DNA of 29,980 bases from a virus. Taxonomy: Duplodnaviria; Caudoviricetes. Below are positions 7,718 to 16,498 of this stretch, one piece after another. The notes under the pieces are model-generated. The model had not been told where the DNA came from. It searched no databases and saw only the letters and a program-made list of their open reading frames with translations. Both the position numbers and the translations under genes were made by a program. The first letter of the stretch is position 1; each line of letters begins with the position of its first letter. Location: positions 1-29,980 of the IMG/VR virus record IMGVR_UViG_3300020045_017966. One strand, written 5' to 3'.

Positions 7718-8316
7718 AGCCGGTGTCAGGTAAAAAAATAGGATACATCCGCGTTAGCACAGTCGACCAAAACCCCGAGCGCCAGCTGCAAGGGATAGAG
7801 ATCGACAAACGCTTCATAGAGTACGCCTCAGGATCTACCACTAACCGACCTCAGCTACAAGCCCTTCTAGACTACATCAGAGAGGACGATTGCCTATTCG
7901 TGCACTCGATGGACCGACTAGCGCGCAATACAAAAGACCTGCTCACTATGGTAGAAGACCTCACATCGCGGGGGATAGAAGTGCACTTCATCAAAGAAAG
8001 CATGGTCTTTAAGAGCCGATCCGACCCCATGTCGAAGATGCTCCTTACTATAATGGGCGCTGTAGCCGAGTTTGAGAGGGCTCTTATGCTAGAGCGCCAG
8101 CGGGAAGGTATAGCCATAGCGAAGAAAGCGGGACGTTTCCTTGGAAAGCCATCGGGATATACAAGAGAGAGGGTAGAGAAGATCCGTGAGGCTATGAAGA
8201 CACGCAAAAAAATGTGGCAAATAGCCGAGGAGGTAGGAATCTCAAGAGGATGCCTCTACGCATATCTCAAGAAGATGAAAGAGGAAGAAGAGAAACAGAA
8301 AGCTATGGGTATGTGA
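7714..8316 (+). CDS. Small serine recombinase (resolvase/invertase)
   Basis: GYIRVSTVDQNPERQ catalytic Ser motif; SG...RPQL; DRLARN; AEFERALMLERQREG; C-terminal HTH. Confidence 0.96.
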   Translation: MKPVSGKKIGYIRVSTVDQNPERQLQGIEIDKRFIEYASGSTTNRPQLQALLDYIREDDCLFVHSMDRLARNTKDLLTMVEDLTSRGIEVHFIKESMVFKSRSDPMSKMLLTIMGAVAEFERALMLERQREGIAIAKKAGRFLGKPSGYTRERVEKIREAMKTRKKMWQIAEEVGISRGCLYAYLKKMKEEEEKQKAMGM

Positions 8317-8972
8317 TGATCATCGACTGCGCCTCCGACCTACACGGATATAAACCCTTCCTTCCAGGGGGGGATTTGTTGATTCTTGGCGGTGACTATA
8401 CCGCACGTGGAGGTATTGAGGAGTGGTTTTTATTTTTCAGGTATATCGATGCTGCTCCCTACAGAAAGAAGATCCTAGTCCTAGGTAACCATGATAACCT
8501 CCGAACCCCGCGTATTTGGAATAAAGTAGCCGAGGAATTCCCTCATCTCCCCGAACTCATTTTCGAGGACGAGCTCATAGATTATGAGGGGATAAAAATC
8601 TACGCCTCCCCCTGGACTCGATGGTTCTTTGGAATCAATCCTCACTGCACTCACTTCACTACTCATGACGAATCTTTTTTAGAAAATAGATTTTCTGCTA
8701 TACCGGATGACCTTCACATATTAGTGACGCACGGCCCTCCCCAAGGGGTACTAGACTCAAACTACAAATGGTCTCACTGCGGAGACTATATCCTCAGAGA
8801 TCATGTGTGGAGGGCAAAGCCAAAGTTTCACATCTTTGGTCATATCCATGAGCAGGGCGGAAGGAAATACGAGATGGAATACGCAGACGGTTCAAATACC
8901 ATATTCATGAATGTCAGCATCGTTAATGAACATTATAAGCATTGCAACCCTGTCACTCGCATCGAAATTTAG
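8316..8972 (+). CDS. Calcineurin-like metallophosphoesterase
   Basis: SDLHG, GD, GNHD, THGPP and GHIHE motifs; TGATG coupling. Confidence 0.93.
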   Translation: MIIDCASDLHGYKPFLPGGDLLILGGDYTARGGIEEWFLFFRYIDAAPYRKKILVLGNHDNLRTPRIWNKVAEEFPHLPELIFEDELIDYEGIKIYASPWTRWFFGINPHCTHFTTHDESFLENRFSAIPDDLHILVTHGPPQGVLDSNYKWSHCGDYILRDHVWRAKPKFHIFGHIHEQGGRKYEMEYADGSNTIFMNVSIVNEHYKHCNPVTRIEI

Positions 8973-8974
8973 CC

Positions 8975-9379
8975 ATGGCCAGACCTCTTAAGCCAATCAA
9001 TTGGGACATCGTAAAAAAGAAAATAGAAGCCGGATGCACCGCTAAGGAAATCTTCAACACTTACGATTGTCAAGTCAGCGAAGACACTTTTTACCGAAGA
9101 TTCCAAGAAGAATTTGGATGCAGTTTTGCGGATTATGAAACAATTACATCTAGTAATGGTATGGGTGATTTGAAGTTAACTCTACATGCAAAAGCGATGC
9201 AGGGAAACATAACCGCCCTAATCTTTTTGGCTACTCGTAGAATAGGAATGAAAGAGCCAGAAAGCTCTACCGCTCTTTCCAACGCTCAGACCTATATTGA
9301 CCAGTCTCATTTAATCATGCAGCTTCAACACCGCATCTCAGAGCTTGAGGCTAATGCAAACCAGCCCCAAGCAGAATAA
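8975..9379 (+). CDS. terS: Terminase small subunit (putative)
   Basis: MARPLKPINW start, HTH-like GCTAKEI...VSEDTFYR, AMQGNITALIFL; directly upstream of terL. Confidence 0.75.
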   Translation: MARPLKPINWDIVKKKIEAGCTAKEIFNTYDCQVSEDTFYRRFQEEFGCSFADYETITSSNGMGDLKLTLHAKAMQGNITALIFLATRRIGMKEPESSTALSNAQTYIDQSHLIMQLQHRISELEANANQPQAE

Positions 9380-10628
9380 AAGCTTCTGTGAGGCCACCCA
9401 CCGCTTCAACATCTGGGTTGGAGCGGTGAGCTCGGGTAAGACTTTCGCCAGCATCGAGCGATTGATATATGACCTCAAGCACGCACCTGCGGGCGATGCG
9501 ATGATCATAGGGGTGAACCGCACCTCTATCCAACGCAACCTCCTTCAACATCTCTATCGCCGACTTCAATTCCCGTGTCCTAATGAAAAGAGCTCTCACG
9601 ATACACTGTACGGTAGAACAGTATGGTTCGTCGGTGCTCCCGATGTCTCAGCAGTTAGCACCATCCAGGGATCTACCCTTGCTCTAGCCTATGTAGACGA
9701 GGCCACCAATCTTCCCGAGCCTTTCTGGCGTATGCTAGAGAGCCGTCTACGTGTTCCAGGGGCTAAGCTACTGGCTACTTGCAACCCCGAGGGACCGGCA
9801 CATTGGCTTAAGCGGGACTTTATTGACAAACCCGCACTGGATTTGGTGCACTGGGACTTCTGCCTAGATGATAATCCCTCTCTCGATAACGCATATAAAG
9901 AGCAGCTGAAAGCCTCCTACAGCGGCATGTGGTACAACCGCTACATCTTAGGCGAGTGGGCGCTGGCTCATGGAGCTATCTACGACTGCTATGACCATGA
10001 CAACGAGTACAATAAAGAGTTCTCAAACCCCTCATACTATATCGTGGGCATAGACTATGGAACTACGAACGCTACCGCCGCCGTACTTTGTGCCGTCACC
10101 CCGAATAGATGGCCGCAGATACGGGTGGAAGAGGAGTATTACTATGATTCCTCTAAAAAAGGACGTTCAAAGACGGACCAAGAGCTGGTTCGAGACATCC
10201 AGGATTTTATCCGATATAAGAATGTATCAACTGTCTATGTTGACCCAGCAGCTGCAAGTCTGAAGATAGCCCTACGGCAGGCCGACATCCCAGTGATCGA
10301 CGCCAACAACGACGTCCTCTTAGGTATCAAGATCTGCTCCAAGTTCATCTCGGGTAAGAATATCGTCATCCATCAGCGTTGTAAGACCCTTAGAGAGCAG
10401 ATTCAGTCCTACGCTTGGGACCATAAGGCAGCCGACAGGGGAGAAGACAAGCCAGTTAAGAAGGACGACCACCTCTGCGATGCCCTCCGTTACGCTGTAT
10501 GTACCGCCTTCCCGCGCGGAGAATTTAGCCACCCCGATGAGAACATCACTCACGAACAGCTTAGGAGGCAGGTCTTTGGCGAGGAGTCGTGGAGCCCCCT
10601 CGGCTCTCCCGCCTCCGGCTATTTCTGA
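9354..10628 (+). CDS. terL: Terminase large subunit
   Basis: Walker A GAVSSGKT, Walker B AYVDEA, TCNP; nuclease motifs GIDYG, YVDPAA, DDHLCDALRY. Confidence 0.96.
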   Translation: MQTSPKQNKSFCEATHRFNIWVGAVSSGKTFASIERLIYDLKHAPAGDAMIIGVNRTSIQRNLLQHLYRRLQFPCPNEKSSHDTLYGRTVWFVGAPDVSAVSTIQGSTLALAYVDEATNLPEPFWRMLESRLRVPGAKLLATCNPEGPAHWLKRDFIDKPALDLVHWDFCLDDNPSLDNAYKEQLKASYSGMWYNRYILGEWALAHGAIYDCYDHDNEYNKEFSNPSYYIVGIDYGTTNATAAVLCAVTPNRWPQIRVEEEYYYDSSKKGRSKTDQELVRDIQDFIRYKNVSTVYVDPAAASLKIALRQADIPVIDANNDVLLGIKICSKFISGKNIVIHQRCKTLREQIQSYAWDHKAADRGEDKPVKKDDHLCDALRYAVCTAFPRGEFSHPDENITHEQLRRQVFGEESWSPLGSPASGYF

Positions 10629-10643
10629 TCTACTCCTTTATCT

Positions 10644-10672
10644 ATGCATAAAAAATTTTATCTTGATAGAGT
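10644..10672 (+). promoter_or_regulatory. Putative late promoter upstream of portal
   Basis: ATGCAT-aaaaaattttatcttga-TAGAGT; spacer resembles those at 15395 and 28123. Confidence 0.5.
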
Positions 10673-10689
10673 GGTTCTACGAGGTAAAA

Positions 10690-12735
10690 ATGGGCTCATA
10701 CGAATCGGGACAGTACTCTTTGGGCTATGTCGATCCTACCGACGTCTCCGCAAAGAATATGAAAGAGATGATGGACTGGTTCTATCAGTCCAACTACACG
10801 TTGAATTCCATCTATTGGCTTCAAGGATCTATAGACAAGCGTTTTAAAGTTGGCGATCAGCAACTTTACAACCAGTTCTATGGGATGAACTCACAATCCT
10901 CGCAGAGGTTTTTTTTCAACCTCATTCGTCGTCACATCAATATGATCTGCGGGTTTCAGAGACGGAACCGTAAGTCAACGATCACTCTACCTGTATCTGA
11001 AGGGGACGATCCTCTCGCCGACGATTATAACAAGGTCATGAGGTGGTGTGAGGACAGAGACGGCTTTCAAGAGTACCTATCGCAAGCCTTCGAGGGATCG
11101 TGCGACACCGGAGAGACTCTTTTACACCTCTACCCCGACTACACCTACGACCCTGTTTCCGGAGACCTCTTCACGGATTGCGTGGCTTACAACAACTACC
11201 TCATCGACCAGTACACGCGCAAGCAGGACCTTAGCGACTGCAATGGCATCTGGAGGCGAAGGTGGACCTCGAAAGAGGGGGCTAAGCTCCTCCTTCCCGG
11301 CTACTCCGAAGAGATAGACAAGATGAAGCCCGGGGGAATGAAAGATGGTCGATTCCCCGTCCAGGCAGAGCTACAGAACGTGGCTATCAACAACCTCTTC
11401 ACCTTCGATGAGTTCTACTACCGCACCACCCGTAAGGGAAAGATCATCCTCGATCCCATGTCGGGGGAGGCGGCCGAGTGGGAAGAGATAGAGAACGAAG
11501 AGGAGGGTATGTTGGAGATGGTGCTCCAACAGCAGCCGTGGCTAGTTGTTAAAGAGGTGGACGTTCCCACAGTCAAGATGGTCCTAGCGCTATCTGGAAA
11601 GGTTGTCTATCACGGAGCGAATCAGCTTAACATCGACCAATATCCTTTTGTGCCCTCTCAATGCTATGTAGAGCCAGATATACAGTCCTATGCATGGCGT
11701 AAGATGGGAGTGATTCGCAACCTTCGCGACGCTCAGTTCCTCTACAATATGCGTAAGGTCATCGAGCTTCAGCTACTGCAGTCCTCTCTCAATGCGGGGT
11801 GGATCTATCCGGTTGATGTGGTGACCGACCCAAAAGCCTTCCGTCAGTCTTCCGGTGGAGATGGCTTCCTAGTGCCCCTGAAAGCCGGTCACCTACCGCA
11901 GGAAATCCAACGAATAGAGCCCGTTGCCATCCCTCAATCACTTCTTGAGCTATCCGCATCTCTAGCAGAGGACATAACCAAGATTTCAGGGGTTAACGAA
12001 GAGCTCCTAGGTAGTGCTACAGACGATAAGTCGGGAATCCTATCGATGCTACGCCAGGGCGCGGGGCTCACTACCCTCCAAACCATCTTCGATAAGTTGG
12101 ACTATACCCAGCGATTGTATGGTAAGATACGCCTACAAGCCATTAGGAAGAACTTTAGCAAGGGTAAAATCCGCAACATACTTAGTCACGATGCAGACGA
12201 GCGCTTCTTCAGCTCTCACTCGCAGAAGTACTCCATATCGGTAGAGGAGGGCAACTACAGCGCTACCCAGCGCCAAATGGAGCTCCAGCAACTCCTCCAC
12301 TTCCGAGAGCTAGGTATGCCTATAGCCGACAAAAGTATCCTGCAGGCTGCATTCATCACCAATAAAAAGCAGGTGATGGCCGACATGGAAGAGCAAGGGC
12401 AGCAGCAGCAGCAGATGCAAGAGGCGCAACAGGCCCAGCAAGAGAAGATGGATAACGCGAAAATAATGTCTATGTTCGCGAAATCCAAGGTAGATATGGC
12501 TCGTGAGCAGGACGTACAGGCATCGGCCATGGAGAGACTAGCTAAGATCCAAGATCTACAGGCGGATGCAGAGCATAAGGGCGTACAATCTGATCTAGAC
12601 CTCGTCAAAATGATTGTCGAGCTGGAAGACATGCAATTTAACCAGTTTAAAAACGCTTTTGAGTATGCTCAAGCGGTTAAACTAGCTAACGATATGAGCA
12701 GAGATTCACAAAATATGGCCTCACAAGTGGCCTAG
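10690..12735 (+). CDS. Portal protein (P22-like)
   Basis: 681 aa after terL; FNLIRRHINMICGFQRRNR, YPFVP, GVIRNLRDAQ, ISGVNEELLG..SG; Q-rich C-terminal barrel; GAGG RBS before 10690. Confidence 0.9.
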   Translation: MGSYESGQYSLGYVDPTDVSAKNMKEMMDWFYQSNYTLNSIYWLQGSIDKRFKVGDQQLYNQFYGMNSQSSQRFFFNLIRRHINMICGFQRRNRKSTITLPVSEGDDPLADDYNKVMRWCEDRDGFQEYLSQAFEGSCDTGETLLHLYPDYTYDPVSGDLFTDCVAYNNYLIDQYTRKQDLSDCNGIWRRRWTSKEGAKLLLPGYSEEIDKMKPGGMKDGRFPVQAELQNVAINNLFTFDEFYYRTTRKGKIILDPMSGEAAEWEEIENEEEGMLEMVLQQQPWLVVKEVDVPTVKMVLALSGKVVYHGANQLNIDQYPFVPSQCYVEPDIQSYAWRKMGVIRNLRDAQFLYNMRKVIELQLLQSSLNAGWIYPVDVVTDPKAFRQSSGGDGFLVPLKAGHLPQEIQRIEPVAIPQSLLELSASLAEDITKISGVNEELLGSATDDKSGILSMLRQGAGLTTLQTIFDKLDYTQRLYGKIRLQAIRKNFSKGKIRNILSHDADERFFSSHSQKYSISVEEGNYSATQRQMELQQLLHFRELGMPIADKSILQAAFITNKKQVMADMEEQGQQQQQMQEAQQAQQEKMDNAKIMSMFAKSKVDMAREQDVQASAMERLAKIQDLQADAEHKGVQSDLDLVKMIVELEDMQFNQFKNAFEYAQAVKLANDMSRDSQNMASQVA

Positions 12736-12744
12736 GAGGAAAAT

Positions 12745-12945
12745 ATGGCTTACGAGAATAACAAGGAAGGGAACAAAAAAGGCGGCGGGATGCCTGAGTT
12801 TCAAAATGAGCATTGGCAGAAAAAAGTCCCTGACGTAATGTGCGCCGATGGCAAGTACTCTTCGGAGATGAACCAAGAGGAAGAGTACAGGGCTTCGGTT
12901 AACAAGCTTGCAGCATACACGAAGAGCCATAAGCCTAAATACTAG
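12745..12945 (+). CDS. Small hypothetical protein (EHWQ motif)
   Basis: AGGAGG RBS; 66 aa, hydrophilic. Confidence 0.75.
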   Translation: MAYENNKEGNKKGGGMPEFQNEHWQKKVPDVMCADGKYSSEMNQEEEYRASVNKLAAYTKSHKPKY

Positions 12946-12952
12946 AAACTTT

Positions 12953-13060
12953 GGCTTGAGGGGGAGCCGCTCGATTCGGCATCCCTAGATGCAGACGTGC
13001 ATTAGATCGATCCTAAGGGAGCAAAGACCTAATTAGTCAGTTGCCCCCTCAAGCCTTTTT
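12953..13060 (+). ncRNA. Candidate structured RNA or complex terminator
   Basis: 12-bp perfect closing stem GGCTTGAGGGGG/CCCCCTCAAGCC enclosing several sub-hairpins, followed by T5. Confidence 0.4.
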
Positions 13061-13076
13061 AAATTTTGGAGAATAT

Positions 13077-13286
13077 ATGAAGACCAAGCACAATCCCGAC
13101 TATCTGAAGAACACCACTGCTGACGTCATCAAACACGGTGACGGGCCTGCTATCCCGCAAGAGCACTGGCAGATGAACCGAAACCTAACGCCATCTGGCA
13201 ACGACACGGGTTGGGGAGCTTTTCTACCTCGCTCCGGTAAAGACCGTCCTACACCTCATACAAAGACCAACGAGTGCGATCACTAA
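13077..13286 (+). CDS. Small hypothetical protein (EHWQ motif)
   Basis: GGAG RBS before ATG 13077; 69 aa. Confidence 0.75.
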   Translation: MKTKHNPDYLKNTTADVIKHGDGPAIPQEHWQMNRNLTPSGNDTGWGAFLPRSGKDRPTPHTKTNECDH

Positions 13287-13486
13287 TGTGTATTATATTT
13301 GATAGAGAATTAGAGGTAAATTCAAACAAAACGGACTGCAAGACACCAGATATTTATCCATCTTTTGAAGAAATAGAAACGAAGAATAGGATAAATATTA
13401 ACATCTTAAAACAAGAAATAACCGACCACATAAATTCAGAAGTCAGAAGATTTTGGAGGGAATTGGATGCGATTAAAAATGGTTAG
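13286..13486 (+). CDS. Hypothetical protein (AT-rich)
   Basis: TAATG coupling to the upstream gene. Confidence 0.55.
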   Translation: MCIIFDRELEVNSNKTDCKTPDIYPSFEEIETKNRININILKQEITDHINSEVRRFWRELDAIKNG

Positions 13487-13502
13487 ATTCCGAGGGTGAT
13501 AA

Positions 13503-14102
13503 ATGACCAGAAAAACAGCAGGTGAGCTCTCTCATAAAGCCCTCTCCGACACCACAAAATATGACGCGCGCGAGGTAGGCCATGCTATGTCTGAAGACAT
13601 CGCACAGCACCTCTACGAGTCTATTGAGAGGAATAAGTCTATCATCGATGAGGATCAGTTCTGTGTGGTGATGGTGATAGCTAAAGATCCTCTTCTCACA
13701 AATCTCATCAGACGAAAATTCTACTGCTGGCCATATCTTCCAAAACCTCGCCCTAACCAGAGCGTATTTCTATACGATAAACGCATTGACAAGATAACCA
13801 AAAGGCTGTGGGTTTTGCCATGCGACATGGTCATGGCCGAGCTGGCCGTTTTACCCCATGTAGACAAGCGCTATGAAACCATGCAGGCGTGGTCTCTAGC
13901 CTTCTTCAAGGGAACTTTTTGGGAGTACATCCGTCACGAGCACGGGATAGACATGCTATCGGAGCACGAGTACTTCTTAAAACATCGAGAGGAACTTATA
14001 GAAGCGGGTTGCAAGTTGACTGATGCCGACTTCGTCGATCCCTTCGATTTCAGCAAAATCGCGGCCTATAAGGTCGTAGAGTCTGCTGATGCCCGCTTCT
14101 AA
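13503..14102 (+). CDS. Hypothetical protein
   Basis: 199-aa ORF with GAGGG RBS; globular composition. Confidence 0.8.
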   Translation: MTRKTAGELSHKALSDTTKYDAREVGHAMSEDIAQHLYESIERNKSIIDEDQFCVVMVIAKDPLLTNLIRRKFYCWPYLPKPRPNQSVFLYDKRIDKITKRLWVLPCDMVMAELAVLPHVDKRYETMQAWSLAFFKGTFWEYIRHEHGIDMLSEHEYFLKHREELIEAGCKLTDADFVDPFDFSKIAAYKVVESADARF

Positions 14103-14294
14103 AAGGGCTTTCTCTATCTTCTTAGGAAGGCAAAGGGCTCCGATGGGTGCATCGGTAGCCATGAAAGAGATGGTCTTCTGGTACTCCTCGAAGCGTTTTG
14201 CTAGTTCCTGCCTCAACCTTTGCATGTCTAATTCAAACTGAGTCTTTACAGCTTCTCGTTCATCGTTTAAATTTTCTTTTTTACTATCGGTCAT
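13977..14294 (-). CDS. RNA polymerase alpha-CTD-like (helix-hairpin-helix) protein with N-terminal coiled coil
   Basis: PIGALCLPKKIEKALLEAGISRLYDLIG..FAEIEGIDEVGISQL matches the alpha-CTD pattern; start codon uncertain, no clear RBS. Confidence 0.65.
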   Translation of the reverse strand: MTDSKKENLNDEREAVKTQFELDMQRLRQELAKRFEEYQKTISFMATDAPIGALCLPKKIEKALLEAGISRLYDLIGRDFAEIEGIDEVGISQLATRFYKFLSMF

Positions 14295-14304
14295 AGGAGC
14301 TCAT

Positions 14305-15057
14305 ATGTCGGAAGAGATGAAAGAACAACAAATCGAATCTAAACCACCTGAATCTACACCCGTCGAGCAAGCTAAGGCTCCCGAAGTAAAAGATCAAGAG
14401 AATAGCGAGGACGTGAATTGGAAAGCCTTTCGCGAGGCACGTAAGAAGGACAGGGCTGAGAAAGAGGCTGCGGAGAGAAAGGCGGCGGATAAGGAAGCAG
14501 AGGTAGCGGCTCTTAAAGCTGCTATGGAGGCTGCTTTCTCTAAAAATACTCCTACCACCGCTCAACGAACGGACTATCAGTCCTATGGTTTTGATGAGAC
14601 GGAGAGCGAAGAGGAAAAGTTTGAGAAGAAAGTACGTGAAAAGGTGAAAGAAGAGCTATCGGCATTCGAGCAACGAATGCTCCAACAGCAACAGCAGAGA
14701 GAGCACCAAGAATACCCTCAAAGGCTATCCCAGTCCTACCCCGATTTCAACTCTGTAGTCACAGAGGAGAACCTCGACTACCTCGAATATCACTACCCCG
14801 AGATCGCTCGTCCGCTTAAGAGGCAGAATGAGGGATTTGACAAATGGTCAGATACCTATCATGCTTTGAAGAAGCTCGTCCCTAATGCCGCCAACGCAAA
14901 GAGAGAGGCACAAAAAGCAGCTCAAAATGGGGTGAAACCAAGGTCAATGTCATCGCAAGGGATCACGCAACCTCAAGAAATGAAAAACATTCTTTCGGAC
15001 TCTCAAAAGGCGGCTAACTGGGAAAGAATGCAAAGAACCCTGAAAGGACTTTCATAA
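14305..15057 (+). CDS. Capsid scaffolding protein (putative)
   Basis: Charged coiled coil, NWKAFRE, YPDF..VV; lies between portal and capsid; AGGAG RBS. Confidence 0.75.
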   Translation: MSEEMKEQQIESKPPESTPVEQAKAPEVKDQENSEDVNWKAFREARKKDRAEKEAAERKAADKEAEVAALKAAMEAAFSKNTPTTAQRTDYQSYGFDETESEEEKFEKKVREKVKEELSAFEQRMLQQQQQREHQEYPQRLSQSYPDFNSVVTEENLDYLEYHYPEIARPLKRQNEGFDKWSDTYHALKKLVPNAANAKREAQKAAQNGVKPRSMSSQGITQPQEMKNILSDSQKAANWERMQRTLKGLS

Positions 15058-15212
15058 TGCAACCAGAACATGATGAGAGAGAAGAACGCGTTTGTGATAT
15101 GTGTGGAGAGCGGCTGGCAGAAGAGGGGGAGGATTTTTGTTTCGAATGCATTCACTATGTAGAGGATTTCATCGATCCACAAATGATCAAGCTAGAAGAT
15201 TTGGAGAAATGA
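15057..15212 (+). CDS. 51-aa acidic C4 zinc-finger protein
   Basis: TAATG coupling; CDMC-x11-CFEC; below the ORF-track cutoff. Confidence 0.6.
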   Translation: MQPEHDEREERVCDMCGERLAEEGEDFCFECIHYVEDFIDPQMIKLEDLEK

Positions 15213-15213
15213 T

Positions 15214-15417
15214 ATGTTCCTAGAGAAGCCTAAAGTTTGTGAAATGAAAGAAATTACAGAGGATGACTTCTTTCAACAGATGAAAATCTTTCATGTAGGA
15301 AATGACATTTGCTCTAAAACAGGACATGATTGGAGTCATCTTCCCCTAAGCGATTACGTAGATTGCAGAAGATGTGGACAAGTGAAAACGAATGTTGATG
15401 ATAAATATTTTAATTGA
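15214..15417 (+). CDS. Small zinc-binding protein
   Basis: CSKTGHDW...CRRCG; GGAG RBS. Confidence 0.65.
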   Translation: MFLEKPKVCEMKEITEDDFFQQMKIFHVGNDICSKTGHDWSHLPLSDYVDCRRCGQVKTNVDDKYFN

Positions 15418-15519
15418 TAACTTTGTGACTTAGAGCTGCAGCAGGGGGATTCGCTCGCCCCCACAGAGCCTACGCCTCTCCAACGTATGAATCCAAGAAT
15501 TCATATCAACGAGGGCGCT
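15395..15519 (+). promoter_or_regulatory. Capsid promoter and structured 5' leader
   Basis: TTGATG-17-TAACTT with extended TG; GAGC/GCTC and GGGGG/CCCCC interleaved pairings; TATGAAT/ATTCATA hairpin. Confidence 0.6.
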
Positions 15520-16488
15520 ATGGCTTTTCCTTCTGGGATTACCAATATCCAGAACTTCGCGCCTGAGCTACCTGTTCAGGCCTCTGAAGATCTTCTGTCT
15601 ACTCCAATGTTCAACCTCATCCACTCTTTTGGGGTTGATCTTCACCACGCCGAAAGCTACATCGGTAAGACCACCCGCATGTCCCGCTTCGAGCGCCTAT
15701 CTACTGATGGGGGCCAGCTGGACGGATCAGGTATCGACCCCGCTTCGGAAGTTCCCGTTCGTACAGATATCGATGCAACTATGGAGATTTATGCTAAATC
15801 TATAGTTACGAATGAGCAGGTTATTTTATACGAAAATAGTAAAACTCTTACTAAATTCACAGCTCTTCTTGGGCAATGGCTACGTGAGAAGGAAGACCTC
15901 CTTATGAGAGACCTCTTCTCCAGCTCAGTTTCTTATATCAACGCCACTGGTGGTGTGAACGGTGACCAACCTTCTAACATCAGCCTGAACGATGTCAACA
16001 ACATAGAGAACATCCTCCTTGGCAATGATGCTAGGACGATGCTCACAAGCCTAGAAGCCACCAACAAATTTGGTACCGCCGGCGTCAGAGATGCATTCAT
16101 CGCTCTCGCCAATACCAACATTTGCGCGGATCTGCAAAGGGTTCAAGGCGTACTTCTGAAGGTTGCTTATCCTACCCAGGAAGGCATTCGTCCCGAAGAG
16201 TACTGCTCGATCAGCCGATTCAGGTTCTTTGTCTCCTCCAAAGCAGCAAAAACCCCGGGTATCTCTCTCAGGGGTAATACGGTCTATACCATACCTATGT
16301 ACGGTCTAGAAGCCGCTGCCAAGATCGAGCAGAACAACTACACGGCGGTCATTGGCTACAGACCACCCTGGGTTGTCTCTAGTGTAGCTCAGAACAGCCA
16401 GCTCTACGCGAAGTTCGCTATCGCTCGCGCGATCACGAACCAGAACTGGATCTCTGGCCTAAACGTAACCACCCTACAAGCGTCCTAA
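15520..16488 (+). CDS. Major capsid protein (N4 gp56-like)
   Basis: 322 aa after the scaffold; GKTTRMSRFERL, DIDATMEIY, EDLLMRD, EYCSISRFRF; GAGGG RBS before 15520. Confidence 0.85.
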   Translation: MAFPSGITNIQNFAPELPVQASEDLLSTPMFNLIHSFGVDLHHAESYIGKTTRMSRFERLSTDGGQLDGSGIDPASEVPVRTDIDATMEIYAKSIVTNEQVILYENSKTLTKFTALLGQWLREKEDLLMRDLFSSSVSYINATGGVNGDQPSNISLNDVNNIENILLGNDARTMLTSLEATNKFGTAGVRDAFIALANTNICADLQRVQGVLLKVAYPTQEGIRPEEYCSISRFRFFVSSKAAKTPGISLRGNTVYTIPMYGLEAAAKIEQNNYTAVIGYRPPWVVSSVAQNSQLYAKFAIARAITNQNWISGLNVTTLQAS

Positions 16489-16498
16489 GGAGGTCACC

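Noticed and set aside
10480-10689. 70-aa N-terminal extension of the portal in the track (similar extensions at 4397, 6465, 7298, 8214, 26726)
   Set aside because: These overlap upstream genes; downstream ATGs have RBSs or stop-start coupling.
12400-12416. CAG trinucleotide run
   Set aside because: It encodes the usual Q-rich portal C-terminal coiled coil and is not a contingency repeat.
13016-13045. GGGAGCAAAG...AGTTGCC resembling part of a c-di-GMP-I riboswitch; T-loop-like TCGATTC nearby suggesting a tRNA
   Set aside because: The GGCAAAC/GNRA arm is missing, and arm order, acceptor stem and CCA do not fit a tRNA.
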